Source of the DNA: Candidatus Bipolaricaulota bacterium
GTDB taxonomy: Bacteria > Bipolaricaulota > Bipolaricaulia > UBA7950 > UBA9294
Length of the DNA: 64,000 nucleotides
NCBI GenBank assembly: GCA_040752575.1
Contig: JBFMGK010000052.1
Span: 1,674-65,673, forward strand
Direction: 5' to 3'
Positions 1-9,971 of this stretch are shown one piece after another. The position numbers and the translations under genes were made by a program. Every line of letters begins with the position of its first letter. The first letter of the stretch is position 1. A model generated the notes under the pieces. That model was not told where the DNA came from. It saw nothing but the letters and a program-made list of their open reading frames with translations, and did no database searches.

Positions 1-194
1 CGCTGCGCGATAACGGACGAACCGGTCTGTCTCTGGGGGGAAGTTCGCGCGTAACGGGTGAGAGCCTCTCGATCTCTGATCACTCGGAGTTCGGGATCGC
101 GGCATTCGACGGATCCGTCCTCCGGATCTCAGGGTCGCGCGTTCACCACCAGGGAGCGGCGTGCATTCGGGTCGAGGACCAAGCCGACGCCACC

Positions 195-3100
195 GTGGAG
201 ACCTGCGAACTGCTGGGCGGCGAGACGGGGATCCGCCTTGTCGGGTCGGCGACGTTGGCGCTGCGGTCCACGACCCTCCGCGACTCGGTAGGCACCGCGG
301 TCGACTTGTCCGGAACGAGCGCCGCGACGGTCGACGGGACGGTGGTTGTCGCGGCGCGCGGCGACGGGATCGCCGCACGTGATACGGCCAGGCTCACCGT
401 CACGCGGACCACCATTGTGCAATGCGGAGGGGACGCCCTGCGGCTCGACGGCACCGCGTCGAGCGTCACCGACTGCCTCGTTGCCTACAACGGCGGCGCC
501 GGCGTGCGCGTACGGGACGCGCTGGAGGTCACCCTGGCTCGGAACGCGTTCTGGGCCAACACACCTGACTACGTCGGGGTCGGCCCGCGGCCGGGCGACG
601 AGACCGTCGCCCCCGAGTTCGTCGACCTTGAGGGAGGCGATCTGGCGTTGCGGCCGGGTTCGCCTTGCCTTGAGACCGGCGCCGGCTGGTTCCCGGCGGG
701 GGCGCTCGGCGCGGCGCAACCGCTGGTCGGGTTGTGCGTCGTTCCCTCGCTGCGCGATCCCTGGCTCGACGCGGTGTGGCGCGCCGAGCTGTGCATCGAC
801 GGGGAGACTGGGTCATGCCAGGGGGCTCTCCTCGGTGTACAATGGGAGCGTCCCGGGCTGACCCTTGGGGCCGAGTCGGCTCTGGCGGGGACATGGGGCG
901 GACGCACCGAGCTCCGTGTCGACGGGGAGATCTCCGTGGCCTATGCCGAGGGCGCGGGCTTCGCTCTTGGCTACGGTGGGGAAGCTGTGTTCGACGGCGC
1001 GCAGACGTCGCAACGGATCTGGGGAGCCCTGGGGATTGCGCAGCCGGGGCTCGTCGCCCGGCTGCACGGCGGCGTGTCCTGGCCGGGCCCGTGGTCTGCA
1101 GGGCTCCGTCTCACGCTGGGAAACGAAATCCGGGTTGGCGCCGAGGTCGGGGTCCTCGACGGATGGCTCCGTACCCTGGGCTTCTCGGCGAGGACGGCTC
1201 GTCCCTTGGGGGAGGGCGAACTCGAAGTCGTGACCCACGCCAACGTGCGCCCGGAACCCGTTGCCGGCCTCGAGGCGCTGTGGAGACGGGGGGGCCGCAC
1301 GGCCTCCGCTCGAGTGGAAGCCGAGCTCTCCGCTCCGGGGGCGTGGCGCGCTGAAGCCTCGCTCGGAGACGAGGCGGGGACTCTGAGCTGCCGGATACGC
1401 AACGTGGGGGGAGTGATGACGGACGGCGCTCTGTCGCTGTCCGTCGGACTCGGCCAGGGGCGGGTCACGGGGGAGCTTGAGTTGTCGGGATCCACGGGCG
1501 TGCGCGCTGCAATCCGTCTGGACCTCTCGCTGGGCCGATGGCTCGAGCCGAGAGAAAACGCGCTGCCTGTTCCGGCGCTGCGCGTCAACCCTCCCGATCC
1601 CGAAGCCGCGACGGTCGTGCGCTTCTCGGCCGACGAAGCGTTCGACCCGGATGGAGACCTGGTCGAGGTGTGGTGGGACTTCGGCGACGGAGCTGCGGCG
1701 ACCGGTCAAGCCACGGAACACGTGTACGCCGAGTCGGGAACGTTCCACGTCGTCGTCACCGTGCTCGACGATCGCGGTGCCGCCGTTTCTCTGGCATCGG
1801 CCCTTCGCGTGTGGCCGGCCGACACGACCCCCGTGGCGGCCTTCGTTGCGTACCCGGTCTCGGAGAGCGGGATCCGGCTGCCTCGCCCGCTGCGAGCAGG
1901 AGATCTCGTCCGCCTTGACGCGATGGGTTCGACGGATCGGGACGGAGCGCTCCTTGAGTTTGCTTGGGATCTCGGCGCGGACGGAGCCTTCGACGTGGTT
2001 GGCGCATCGTCTGCCGCGGTCATCGGTCCCGTGGCGGGCGGATCCTTCCCCGTCACGTTACGCGTAACCGACGACAGCGGACGGAGCGATGCCGTCATGC
2101 AGGTTCTCTGGGTCGATCAGGCGGAACCGCCCGTAGCGGCGTTCTCCCTTACGCCGTCGACCCCGGCGGTTGGCGACCCCGTGCGGTTCGCCGACCAATC
2201 GGAGGACTCAGACGGCGTCGTCGCATCCCGCGAGTGGACGTTCGGCGACGGGACGTCGAGTCGCGACGCGGAGCCTGTGCATCGCTTCTCTCTTGCGGGA
2301 TCCTATGACGTGGCGCTGCGCGTCGTCGATGACGACGGGCTCGTCGGCGTCGCTGAGCGCCGAGTGACCGTGACGCAGATTCCCGAGATCGCGGCGGTGG
2401 AGGAGATCTACGCCGTCGTGATCGGAATCTCCGACTACGCCAATGTGCGAGACCTTGCCTATGCGTCCGAAGACGCCGTTGCGTTCGCCACATGGCTCGT
2501 TGCCGAGGCGGGCGTTCCGCGGGCGAACGTCCGGTTGCTGCTCGACGGTCGCGAGGTCCCGGAGAGCCTGCGCGGTGTCGAGACGCGGTCGGCGACGCTC
2601 GTCCAGGTGCGCGAGGCTCTAGGATGGCTGCGTCGCGTCGCCAGATCTGATGATCTCGTGCTCATCCACTTCTCGGGGCACGGATTCCAGGGGCCCGATG
2701 ACGACGGAGACGAGGCCGACGGCGTCGACGAGTTCTTCATCCTGCACGACACGACGGATCAGGCCAAGGAAGACACCGCGCTTCGCGACGACGAGTTCGG
2801 TCGGTTCCTCGACCGCGTGGCTTCCCAGCACGTCGTCGTGTTCTTCGACGGCTGCTACTCCGGTGGGCTATCGCGGAGCCTTCCCGGAAGCGCGCGTCCC
2901 GTAGGCGGGGTCGCCGATGTCTTCGCCGACTTCTCGCTCGAGGGTCGTCTGGTGTTCTCGGCGTCGCGCGAGAACCAGGACGCCTTCGAGTCGCCCGAAC
3001 TGGAGAGTGGGATCTTCAGCCACTACGTACTCGAGGGGCTTCGCGGGGCGGCCGACGCGACGCAGGACGATCGCGTGACGGCGTGGGAGCTCTACGACTA

Positions 3101-3677
3101 CGTCCGGATCTCCGTCGCCGCGCGCGTACGGGACGAACGTGGCGCAGATCAGGAGCCCCAGCTCCTGGGCGAGGGGGAAGTGCGTGTCCTTCTGGCCGAG
3201 GTCCCTCAGCCTCCGGAAGCGGACTTCAGCCTGTTGCCGCCCTCCCCGTATGTGGGGGGCTACGTGGCCTTCATCGACCAGTCCGTGGGATCGCGGCCGA
3301 TCGTCTCGCGAGCCTGGGATTTCGGCGACGGGGCCCTCGCTCTGGGAGACTCGCCGACGCACGTGTTCGGCGAAGCGGGGCTGTACCGGGTCACGCTCGT
3401 GGTCACCGACACTTCGGGAGCGTCGGGGCGCGTCGAGCGCGAGCTTCGCGTTGGTCTCCCGGGGCAAGTCCTTCAGATCGACGCCGGTCTCGCCGTCATT
3501 TCGCTCGGGAGCGAGCATGGGTTGGCGCCGGGGGACCGCTTCACCGCTGCGAACGGTTCGATGCTCGAAGTCGTCGAGGTCCTCGAAGCTCGTACGACGG
3601 CATGCCGTGTGCTCGAGGGTGCAGCGCCCGAACCCGGGGAGATTGTGATGCCCGCGTCGCCTCCGGCCGGCGCGTGA
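195..3677 (+). CDS. Large multidomain protein: N-terminal right-handed beta-helix repeats, glycine-rich region, several PKD domains (WDFGDG motifs), a caspase-like peptidase C14 domain with the His/Cys dyad preserved (HFSGHG ... DGCYSGG), a further PKD domain and a small C-terminal barrel-like domain. It may extend upstream of 195.
   Basis: ORF track 1160 aa. Motifs read directly from the translation. No obvious signal peptide at the annotated start, so the true start may be earlier. Confidence 0.7.
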   Translation: METCELLGGETGIRLVGSATLALRSTTLRDSVGTAVDLSGTSAATVDGTVVVAARGDGIAARDTARLTVTRTTIVQCGGDALRLDGTASSVTDCLVAYNGGAGVRVRDALEVTLARNAFWANTPDYVGVGPRPGDETVAPEFVDLEGGDLALRPGSPCLETGAGWFPAGALGAAQPLVGLCVVPSLRDPWLDAVWRAELCIDGETGSCQGALLGVQWERPGLTLGAESALAGTWGGRTELRVDGEISVAYAEGAGFALGYGGEAVFDGAQTSQRIWGALGIAQPGLVARLHGGVSWPGPWSAGLRLTLGNEIRVGAEVGVLDGWLRTLGFSARTARPLGEGELEVVTHANVRPEPVAGLEALWRRGGRTASARVEAELSAPGAWRAEASLGDEAGTLSCRIRNVGGVMTDGALSLSVGLGQGRVTGELELSGSTGVRAAIRLDLSLGRWLEPRENALPVPALRVNPPDPEAATVVRFSADEAFDPDGDLVEVWWDFGDGAAATGQATEHVYAESGTFHVVVTVLDDRGAAVSLASALRVWPADTTPVAAFVAYPVSESGIRLPRPLRAGDLVRLDAMGSTDRDGALLEFAWDLGADGAFDVVGASSAAVIGPVAGGSFPVTLRVTDDSGRSDAVMQVLWVDQAEPPVAAFSLTPSTPAVGDPVRFADQSEDSDGVVASREWTFGDGTSSRDAEPVHRFSLAGSYDVALRVVDDDGLVGVAERRVTVTQIPEIAAVEEIYAVVIGISDYANVRDLAYASEDAVAFATWLVAEAGVPRANVRLLLDGREVPESLRGVETRSATLVQVREALGWLRRVARSDDLVLIHFSGHGFQGPDDDGDEADGVDEFFILHDTTDQAKEDTALRDDEFGRFLDRVASQHVVVFFDGCYSGGLSRSLPGSARPVGGVADVFADFSLEGRLVFSASRENQDAFESPELESGIFSHYVLEGLRGAADATQDDRVTAWELYDYVRISVAARVRDERGADQEPQLLGEGEVRVLLAEVPQPPEADFSLLPPSPYVGGYVAFIDQSVGSRPIVSRAWDFGDGALALGDSPTHVFGEAGLYRVTLVVTDTSGASGRVERELRVGLPGQVLQIDAGLAVISLGSEHGLAPGDRFTAANGSMLEVVEVLEARTTACRVLEGAAPEPGEIVMPASPPAGA

Positions 3678-4652
3678 TCACTCTTCGAGTTCCAGGGTCA
3701 GCAGGAAGGATCGTTCCGCTCGATGCACCTTGAGAACGACGCGCTCACCTGGTTGGCGCGAGGCGACCGCGGCGGCGAACTCCTCGCAGGAGTTGACGGG
3801 TACCGCGTTCACGTAGGTGACGACGTCGCCCGCTTGCAGGCCTCGGAGTTCGGCGATGGTGCCGGCGACGATCTCGCGGATGCGTACGCCGGTGCCCGCG
3901 TTGTCCTCGCACAGAACGCCGAGAGAGACAGAGGTTCGGGCGTAGCTGATGCGAACGAGATCGACCGGAGACGAGGTCAGACTCGCGAAGGCGACGGGCA
4001 CCGTAGGTTGGTCAATCACGCGCCCCGCTCCCGTCCCGCGCGACACGTCGCCGCGTGGGTCGGGGAGATAGACATGGACCTCAATCTGGCCGCGGGTCTC
4101 AGGAAGAGGAGCGTGCGCGGCGCTCGGCGTCTCGAAGCGGAAGCGAAGAGCCTCGTCGGAGCTCACTTGCCAACCCGCGACGCGAACGCTCTGGTTCGGG
4201 TCGAGGATCCACTTTCGGTCCGCAGAAGTCCCGGCGACCGGCTCGCTGCCGTTCGTGTTGAGGCCGTCGATGGCGAGAACCACGCCAAGAGTCATCTCGG
4301 TGAGGTTCGTGAGCACGACACGGTACATCGCGCCTACGACGGGTTCCATCGCGTATCGCCGGGTGAAGATGTACGCGACGTCGGCGATGCGCTCGCAGGT
4401 CGAGGCGTCGCCAAGTCCGTCCCCACAGGCCGCGGCGGCCTGCCCGACGGCCGCGACATCTGCGTCCGCGAGGCGCTCGATGTCCATCGAGAGGAAGCGG
4501 ACGTCGAGAGGTTCGAACCATCCGATCCCCAAGAAACCGAGAGGACGAAAGACCTCCACGTCGACGCGCACATAGCGCGTGTCCACGGCTGCCGAAGCCG
4601 CGACAGCGACGAGTGCTGCAGCAAGCACTGCAATCAAGACCCTGCGCACCAT
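3678..4652 (-). CDS. Secreted protein with a C-terminal PDZ domain
   Basis: 324 aa. N-terminal hydrophobic signal (MVRRVLIAVLAAALVAVAASAAV). C-terminal GxVxxxxxGxxAxxAGLQAGDVV pattern typical of PDZ. Convergent with the caspase-domain gene and abutting its stop. Confidence 0.55.
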   Translation of the reverse strand: MVRRVLIAVLAAALVAVAASAAVDTRYVRVDVEVFRPLGFLGIGWFEPLDVRFLSMDIERLADADVAAVGQAAAACGDGLGDASTCERIADVAYIFTRRYAMEPVVGAMYRVVLTNLTEMTLGVVLAIDGLNTNGSEPVAGTSADRKWILDPNQSVRVAGWQVSSDEALRFRFETPSAAHAPLPETRGQIEVHVYLPDPRGDVSRGTGAGRVIDQPTVPVAFASLTSSPVDLVRISYARTSVSLGVLCEDNAGTGVRIREIVAGTIAELRGLQAGDVVTYVNAVPVNSCEEFAAAVASRQPGERVVLKVHRAERSFLLTLELEE

Positions 4653-4737
4653 GCTTCCCCCTTCCTCGCTCGAGGCGCCCGCGACTCGTTCCGGGACGCG
4701 ACAGTATACCGGGGCCCCATGGGAGGATCTGCTGCGT

Positions 4738-5286
4738 CTAGACCGCCGGCGTGGCCCCTCTCTGCCCTTGATAGGCGCCGCCGGCCTCCTTCTCGCCGTA
4801 GGCGCGCGCCGGGCGTTCGCTACGCCAGAAGAGAACCTGCGCGATGCCGAAGCCGACGTGAAGGCGAACTGGGAGGCTGCCGACGTTCTTCAGGGAGAGC
4901 GTCAGCACGCCGTGCCAACCGGGCTCAAGCGGCGTCGCATTGACGATCAGGCCGCACCGGGCATAGGTGCTCTTTCCGTAGACCAGCCCGCAGAGATCGT
5001 CCGGAAGCGCGAGTCGCTCCTGCGACTCCGCGAGGACATGCGCTCCGGGCGCCAGGTCGAACGAGGGCTCCGCCTCCAGTCGGTGAAACCGTCCCGGGCT
5101 GGGATCGCGCGGATCCATCGTCGCGCCTTTGCCGCTCACCGCGACGAGGAACCCCTTCCCGAGCCGAAGGTCGTAACCGTAGCTGCCGAGCCCATAGGAC
5201 GGCTTGCCCTGCTGGTACGGGACGAACGGCGCGATGAGCGGCCGTTCGCCCCGACACAATCGGGCGATCTCGTGGTCCGGGAGCAA
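4738..5286 (-). CDS. dcd: dCTP deaminase
   Basis: Motifs SYGYDLRLG, GKSTYARCGLIVNATPLEPGWHG. The annotated ORF start at 5457 would overlap the glnS 3' end. A TTG at 5286 gives about 182 aa with an N-terminus (LLPDHEIARL) matching the Dcd N-terminus. Start is uncertain. Confidence 0.8.
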   Translation of the reverse strand: MLPDHEIARLCRGERPLIAPFVPYQQGKPSYGLGSYGYDLRLGKGFLVAVSGKGATMDPRDPSPGRFHRLEAEPSFDLAPGAHVLAESQERLALPDDLCGLVYGKSTYARCGLIVNATPLEPGWHGVLTLSLKNVGSLPVRLHVGFGIAQVLFWRSERPARAYGEKEAGGAYQGQRGATPAV

Positions 5287-5344
5287 CCCGTTCTGCCCGT
5301 CGATGCGTCCTCCTTGCGCGCTTGGCAGACCCTGCGGGACTGCG

Positions 5345-7030
5345 TCAGGCCGGCTCTTGCGACTTGGCCCACGTGTCGCGCAGGGTCGCCGTGCGGTTGA
5401 ACACGGGTCGGCCTGCCTGCGAGTCCGGATCGCACGCGAAGTACCCCTTGCGTTCAAACTGGAATCGGTCCCCCGGCGTGGCGGACGCGAGCGACGGCTC
5501 GAGTTTGCAGGGCGTCACGACCAACGAATCGGGCCGGAGCCCGGAGAGCCAGTCTTCTCCCGCGTCCGCAGCCTCAGGACGCTCTCGCGCAAAAAGCGTC
5601 TCGTAGAGGCGCGCCTCGCCGTCGATCGCGTGTCCGGCGGACACCCAGTGAAGCGTCGCCTTCACTTTGCGGCCGTCGGGTGCGTCGCCTCCTCGCGTAG
5701 CCGGATCGTACGTGCAGTGGATCTCGCTCACCTCGCCAGCGGCGTCCCGTACGACGCGTTCGCATCGAATGAAGTATCCGTAACGCAACCTGACTTCGCG
5801 GCCCGGCGCGAGGCGGAAGAACTTGCTCGGCGGATTCTCCATGAAGTCCTCGCGCTCGATCCATAGCTCGCGCGAGAAGGGAACCTCTCGCGTTCCGGCA
5901 CCGGGCTCCTCGGGGTTGTTCACCGCTTCGAGCCATTCCTCTTGGCCGTCAGGATAGTTGTCGAGGACGACCTTCACGGGGTCGAGGACGGCCATCACCC
6001 GCGGTGCCCGGAGATTGAGGTCCTGACGGGCGCAGTGCTCGAGAAACGCGAGCTCGACCAATCCCTCGGCCTTGGTGACCCCGACGCCGCGGATGAAGGC
6101 TCGCAGAGCCTCGGGCGTGTAGCCCCGGCGACGCAAACCACGCAGGGTCGGCATTCGCGGATCGTCCCATCCGCGTACGTGCCCCTCCTCGACCAGCCTC
6201 CGCAGTCTGCGCTTGCTCATGACCGTGTAGGTGATGTTGAGGCGGCTGAACTCGATCTGCCGCGGCCGGTAGGGCACGGGCAGGTTGTCGAGAAACCAGT
6301 CGTAGAGCGGGCGGTGGTTCTCGAACGCAAGGTCGCACAGCGAGTGAGTGATTCCCTCGATGGCATCGGACTGGCCGTGGGCCCAATCGTAGGTCGGGTA
6401 GATGCACCAGGCATCGCCGGTCCGATGATGCGAGGCGCGAAGGATTCGGTACATCACCGGATCGCGCATGTTGAGGTTCGGGTGCGCCATGTCGATTTTC
6501 GCGCGCAGTGTCCGGGAACCATCGGGGAACTCGCCGGCGCGCATGCGCCGCAACAGGTCGAGGTTCTCCGCGACGGGGCGGTCTCGGAAGGGGCTGTCCT
6601 TTCCGGGAGGCGTGAACACTTGTCCGCTACGTTCGATGGCGGTTCCACGATACGCGCTGATCTCCTCGGCCGTCAGGTCGCAGACGTAGGCCTTGCCCTC
6701 GCGAACAAGGACCTCGGCCCACGCGTACAACTGCTCGAAGTAGTCCGAGGCGAAGAACACCCGGTCCTGCCAATCGACGCCGAGCCATCGCATGTCCTCG
6801 ACGATCCCGTCGACGAACTCCTGCTCTTCTCTGGCTGGGTTCGTGTCGTCGAAGCGCAGGTTGAACGCGCCGCCGTACTCCTGAGCGATTCCGTAGCTCA
6901 GGAGAAACGCCTTGGCGTGTCCGATGTGAAGATACCCGTTCGGCTCCGGCGGAAAGCGTGTGCAGACTCGACCGCCGTTCTTGCCGGCGGCGACGTCGTT
7001 CGACACGATCTCGCGGATGAAGTCTCGCAC
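5345..7030 (-). CDS. glnS: Glutamine--tRNA ligase
   Basis: HIGH motif ([14 protein letters not shown]), VMSKR (KMSKS-like), class I aaRS catalytic core followed by a GlnRS-type anticodon-binding region. Start is probably the GTG at 7030 (VRDFIREIV aligns with the GlnRS N-terminus). The longer ORF to 7162 is probably an over-extension. Confidence 0.88.
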   Translation of the reverse strand: MRDFIREIVSNDVAAGKNGGRVCTRFPPEPNGYLHIGHAKAFLLSYGIAQEYGGAFNLRFDDTNPAREEQEFVDGIVEDMRWLGVDWQDRVFFASDYFEQLYAWAEVLVREGKAYVCDLTAEEISAYRGTAIERSGQVFTPPGKDSPFRDRPVAENLDLLRRMRAGEFPDGSRTLRAKIDMAHPNLNMRDPVMYRILRASHHRTGDAWCIYPTYDWAHGQSDAIEGITHSLCDLAFENHRPLYDWFLDNLPVPYRPRQIEFSRLNITYTVMSKRRLRRLVEEGHVRGWDDPRMPTLRGLRRRGYTPEALRAFIRGVGVTKAEGLVELAFLEHCARQDLNLRAPRVMAVLDPVKVVLDNYPDGQEEWLEAVNNPEEPGAGTREVPFSRELWIEREDFMENPPSKFFRLAPGREVRLRYGYFIRCERVVRDAAGEVSEIHCTYDPATRGGDAPDGRKVKATLHWVSAGHAIDGEARLYETLFARERPEAADAGEDWLSGLRPDSLVVTPCKLEPSLASATPGDRFQFERKGYFACDPDSQAGRPVFNRTATLRDTWAKSQEPA

Positions 7031-7154
7031 GCACCCCTCGCGGTCTTTCGCTACTGCCCCATGGCACCAACCTCCTATTCGATGAGACGGCCCGACGCGT
7101 TCGAGCCAACGAAGGAGAGAGTCTACTCCCCGCGCGCGTCGCCGACGAGGGGGT

Positions 7155-7200
7155 AGGGACACCTTGTGAAAGAAAAGCGACGGGCCCCAGCGTCCGCTCG
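7155..7200 (-). terminator. Intrinsic terminator-like hairpin (CGGGCC...GGCCCG) followed by TCGCTTTTCTTTC on the minus strand, within the glnS leader
   Basis: Read from the reverse complement: ACGGGCCTCGCGAGCGGACGCTGGGGCCCGTCGCTTTTCTTTC. Confidence 0.5.
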
Positions 7201-7415
7201 CGAGGCCCGTCCCACCCGCTCTGGTCTCTGCTTCCGGTTCGGCTTCGTGTACCCGTGTCGCTCAGCGGGTGGCCATCCACCATAGCACGTTGCGGGGGCA
7301 AAGCCAAGTTGCCTCGGCAAAAGGCCCGCGGTACGCGACGGAACCGCGCGTGCGGCCGACGTGGGCAACTCGTCCGCTCGTCGCGAACAAGTAAGGAAGC
7401 CGCCACGCAGGCGCG

Positions 7416-8069
7416 CTAGGAGGGGGTCGCGAGACCCCACAACGCCAAGACGACGAGGGCGAGCAAGGCGAGGCCGACGGCCAGACCGACGAAGCCGAGG
7501 ACGACGTCGCTCGGTCCCGCGTCGGTCTCCCCAAGTTCTGTCTCCTCTGGAGTGGGCTGCACCTCGGCCGGTGGGAGCGGCTCGGCCGTGAGTTGCTCGC
7601 TCGAGACCTCCGTTGGGGTGACGTCCGGCGCGGCGACGATCTCCCAGGCCCACGTCGCAGCATCGACGTCCGCCCCGAGAGTCCAGACGAGCGACAGCTC
7701 GATTCGGTCTCCGGGGCCGAATGACCCGAGGACGCGGGTCGTCAGGGATCCCTCTTTGCTCGGAAGCAGCGTCGGCGAGAAGTCGCTCGCGGCAAGAAGC
7801 GACAGCGGGACAGGCTCGCCGCCCTTGGCAGAGAGGAACGACCTGGCAAGATCGATCGTCAGCACATTCGTGGTGTCGTTGAGAATCCCAAGACGCATCG
7901 ACGCCAGGGCACTGTCCTCCCACTCGAAGCTATCCGCGAGGACCACGATGCCCTGTTGCGGCGGTTCCTCGACGAGGCGCACCGCCGGCTGAGCCCAGAG
8001 CGTGAGCGCCATGCCTGCGGCGAGCAGGGCCGCAGCGAGAAACGTATACCCAAAGCGTTGACGTGTCAT
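7416..8069 (-). CDS. Hypothetical secreted protein with N-terminal signal and C-terminal transmembrane anchor
   Basis: 217 aa. N-terminal LAAALLAAGMALTLWA signal. Pro/Glu/Thr-rich linker. C-terminal hydrophobic helix GFVGLAVGLALLALVVLALWGL. Confidence 0.5.
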   Translation of the reverse strand: MTRQRFGYTFLAAALLAAGMALTLWAQPAVRLVEEPPQQGIVVLADSFEWEDSALASMRLGILNDTTNVLTIDLARSFLSAKGGEPVPLSLLAASDFSPTLLPSKEGSLTTRVLGSFGPGDRIELSLVWTLGADVDAATWAWEIVAAPDVTPTEVSSEQLTAEPLPPAEVQPTPEETELGETDAGPSDVVLGFVGLAVGLALLALVVLALWGLATPS

Positions 8070-8224
8070 TGCCCCCTCCCTGCATCCGTCAAGATCGTCT
8101 GATCATAGCTTCGACCGCGCGGGCAGGCGAACGCTGGCGCCAAAGGCTCATGAAGAGGCGACCAAACAGGCCTCGCATGCAGGGAAGGCTTGACCTTGGT
8201 GGGGAATTCGTGTATATTGATGCG

Positions 8225-9058
8225 ATGTCGACATTTACGAAAGCCGACGTGGAGACCACCCGGAAGCCGCACCACTTCAACCAATCTCTCGATCGCGGAC
8301 TCCGAATCCTCGACCTCTACACCCGCGACATCGCGACGTTGTCTGCCAAAGAGATCGCCGAACAGCTCGCCGTTGGCGTCACAACCCTGTACCCGTTTCT
8401 CCATACCCTGGTCTCGCATGGCTATCTCGAGGTCGATGATCGAAAGCGCTATCGGCTGGGGTTGAAACTTCTCGAGAGAGTCGGCGAGATCGAGAGCGTC
8501 TACGACGTCCGCGCCATTGCGCGCGAGCACATGACGAAGCTCAGTCGATCGATCGCCGCCAATGCTCGGCTCGGCGTGCTCTACGGCAAGGACGTCTTGT
8601 ACCTCGAGCAAGAGGAGGGTGGCCCGGCGGCCAATGCCATGCTGCGCGAGGTGGTCGGCCTGCGCGTCCCCAGCCACTGCACGGCGCTCGGCAAGGTGCT
8701 GCTTGCCTTTCTCGCCGACGCCGATCGAGAGGCATTCGTTGACTCGCTTCCCCTTCCGCAGATCACCGAACACACCATCGTCGAGCGGGGCAAGTTGCGG
8801 GACGAGTTGGCCCTCGTGCGCGAGTGCGGCTACGCGCTCGAGGTTGAGGAGCTCCAGCCGGGCAGCGCGTGCGTCGGCGCGCCGATCCGCAATGCCGGGG
8901 GGCGGGTGATCGCCGCGGTCAGCGCTTCGATCTTCGCCTCGCGAGTCCGCGGTGACGAACGAAGCGGCATCGTCGGCGCCGTCGTGGACGCCGCCGCCAC
9001 GATCTCCCGTCGACTGGGACACAACGGTAAGCAGCTTACCCCGGGGCGCGTGGGGTGA
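8225..9058 (+). CDS. IclR family transcriptional regulator (KdgR-like by context)
   Basis: N-terminal HTH (LDRGLRILDLY...SAKEIAEQLAVGVTTLYPFLHTL) and a C-terminal IclR effector domain. ATG at 8225 is preferred over the ORF-track start at 8063. Confidence 0.85.
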   Translation: MSTFTKADVETTRKPHHFNQSLDRGLRILDLYTRDIATLSAKEIAEQLAVGVTTLYPFLHTLVSHGYLEVDDRKRYRLGLKLLERVGEIESVYDVRAIAREHMTKLSRSIAANARLGVLYGKDVLYLEQEEGGPAANAMLREVVGLRVPSHCTALGKVLLAFLADADREAFVDSLPLPQITEHTIVERGKLRDELALVRECGYALEVEELQPGSACVGAPIRNAGGRVIAAVSASIFASRVRGDERSGIVGAVVDAAATISRRLGHNGKQLTPGRVG

Positions 9059-9125
9059 GCTGCGGGGCGGCTTGCGTCGCCCCGCAAGCGCGTCGCATCC
9101 GGACGCGTCGCGCGAAGGAGGTGTG

Positions 9126-9971
9126 ATGTTCACGAAGTACTTCCAGAAAGTGAACGGAGACGAGGGGCTCAACCGTCTCCCAGAGAATCCCTGCCGGCTT
9201 CTTGACTTCGTGCGGCTGGTTCTTCCGCCGGGGACGACTTTCGACGGGGACACCGAAGATCGCGAAGGTCTCCTTGTTGTTCTTGCCGGGCAGGCGCACG
9301 TGAGTGCGGGCGGGATCGACTTCCCGAGCGTCGGCGGACGCGCGAACGTCTTCGCCGGGAGACCCCACGCCGTCTATCTGCCGCCGCGGTGCCGTTACCG
9401 AGTGGAAGTTCCATCCGGAGGAATCGGTTTCGAGGCGGCGCTGCCCCTGGCCAAGGCATCCGACGGTTCGCCTCCGTTCCTCATTGAGCCCGAGGCGGTG
9501 AGATCGGGCAAGTGGGGCATCTCGAACTTCTCTCGCACGTATCACCAGATCTGCGTGCACGGTCAGCATCCCGGCCGCAAGGTCAACCGGCTCATCGTTG
9601 GCGAGACCTTCACCCCCTCGGGGAACTGGTCAACGTATCCGCCGCACCGCCACGAGAAGGACGACTACCCGCGAGAGGTCTTCATGGAGGAGATGTACTA
9701 CTTCCGCGTTGCGCCCGCCGACGGCTGGGGCCTTGCGCGGTACTACACGGACGATCGGCAGATCGACGAGGCCTTTGCGGTCGAGGACAACACGATTCTG
9801 ATGATGCCCAGGGGCTACCACACCGTGACGTCGGCCCCCGGATACACGACCTACTACCTGTGGTTCCTCGCCGGGAACACCCGCTTGCAGGCAGCTGCGG
9901 ACGATCCCCGCCTTGGGTGGGTCAGCCGCACGGTTCCGATGATCAAGAACATCGAGGATAACCTATCATGA
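9126..9971 (+). CDS. iolB: KduI/IolB family isomerase (IolB-like 5-deoxy-glucuronate isomerase)
   Basis: Strong match to the IolB core SGNWSxYPPHxHxxDxxPxExFxEExYY...YTDDRxIDE...GYHxVxxxPGYTxYYL. ATG at 9126 is preceded by AGGAGG. Confidence 0.8.
   Translation: MFTKYFQKVNGDEGLNRLPENPCRLLDFVRLVLPPGTTFDGDTEDREGLLVVLAGQAHVSAGGIDFPSVGGRANVFAGRPHAVYLPPRCRYRVEVPSGGIGFEAALPLAKASDGSPPFLIEPEAVRSGKWGISNFSRTYHQICVHGQHPGRKVNRLIVGETFTPSGNWSTYPPHRHEKDDYPREVFMEEMYYFRVAPADGWGLARYYTDDRQIDEAFAVEDNTILMMPRGYHTVTSAPGYTTYYLWFLAGNTRLQAAADDPRLGWVSRTVPMIKNIEDNLS

Noticed and set aside
7031-7100. Tiny upstream ORF ATG-GGG-CAG-TAG with a perfect AGGAGG seven nt upstream, just before glnS
   Set aside because: Only three codons. 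It is out of frame with glnS. It could be a leader peptide but there is no way to support that from sequence alone. Mentioned under the glnS leader finding instead.
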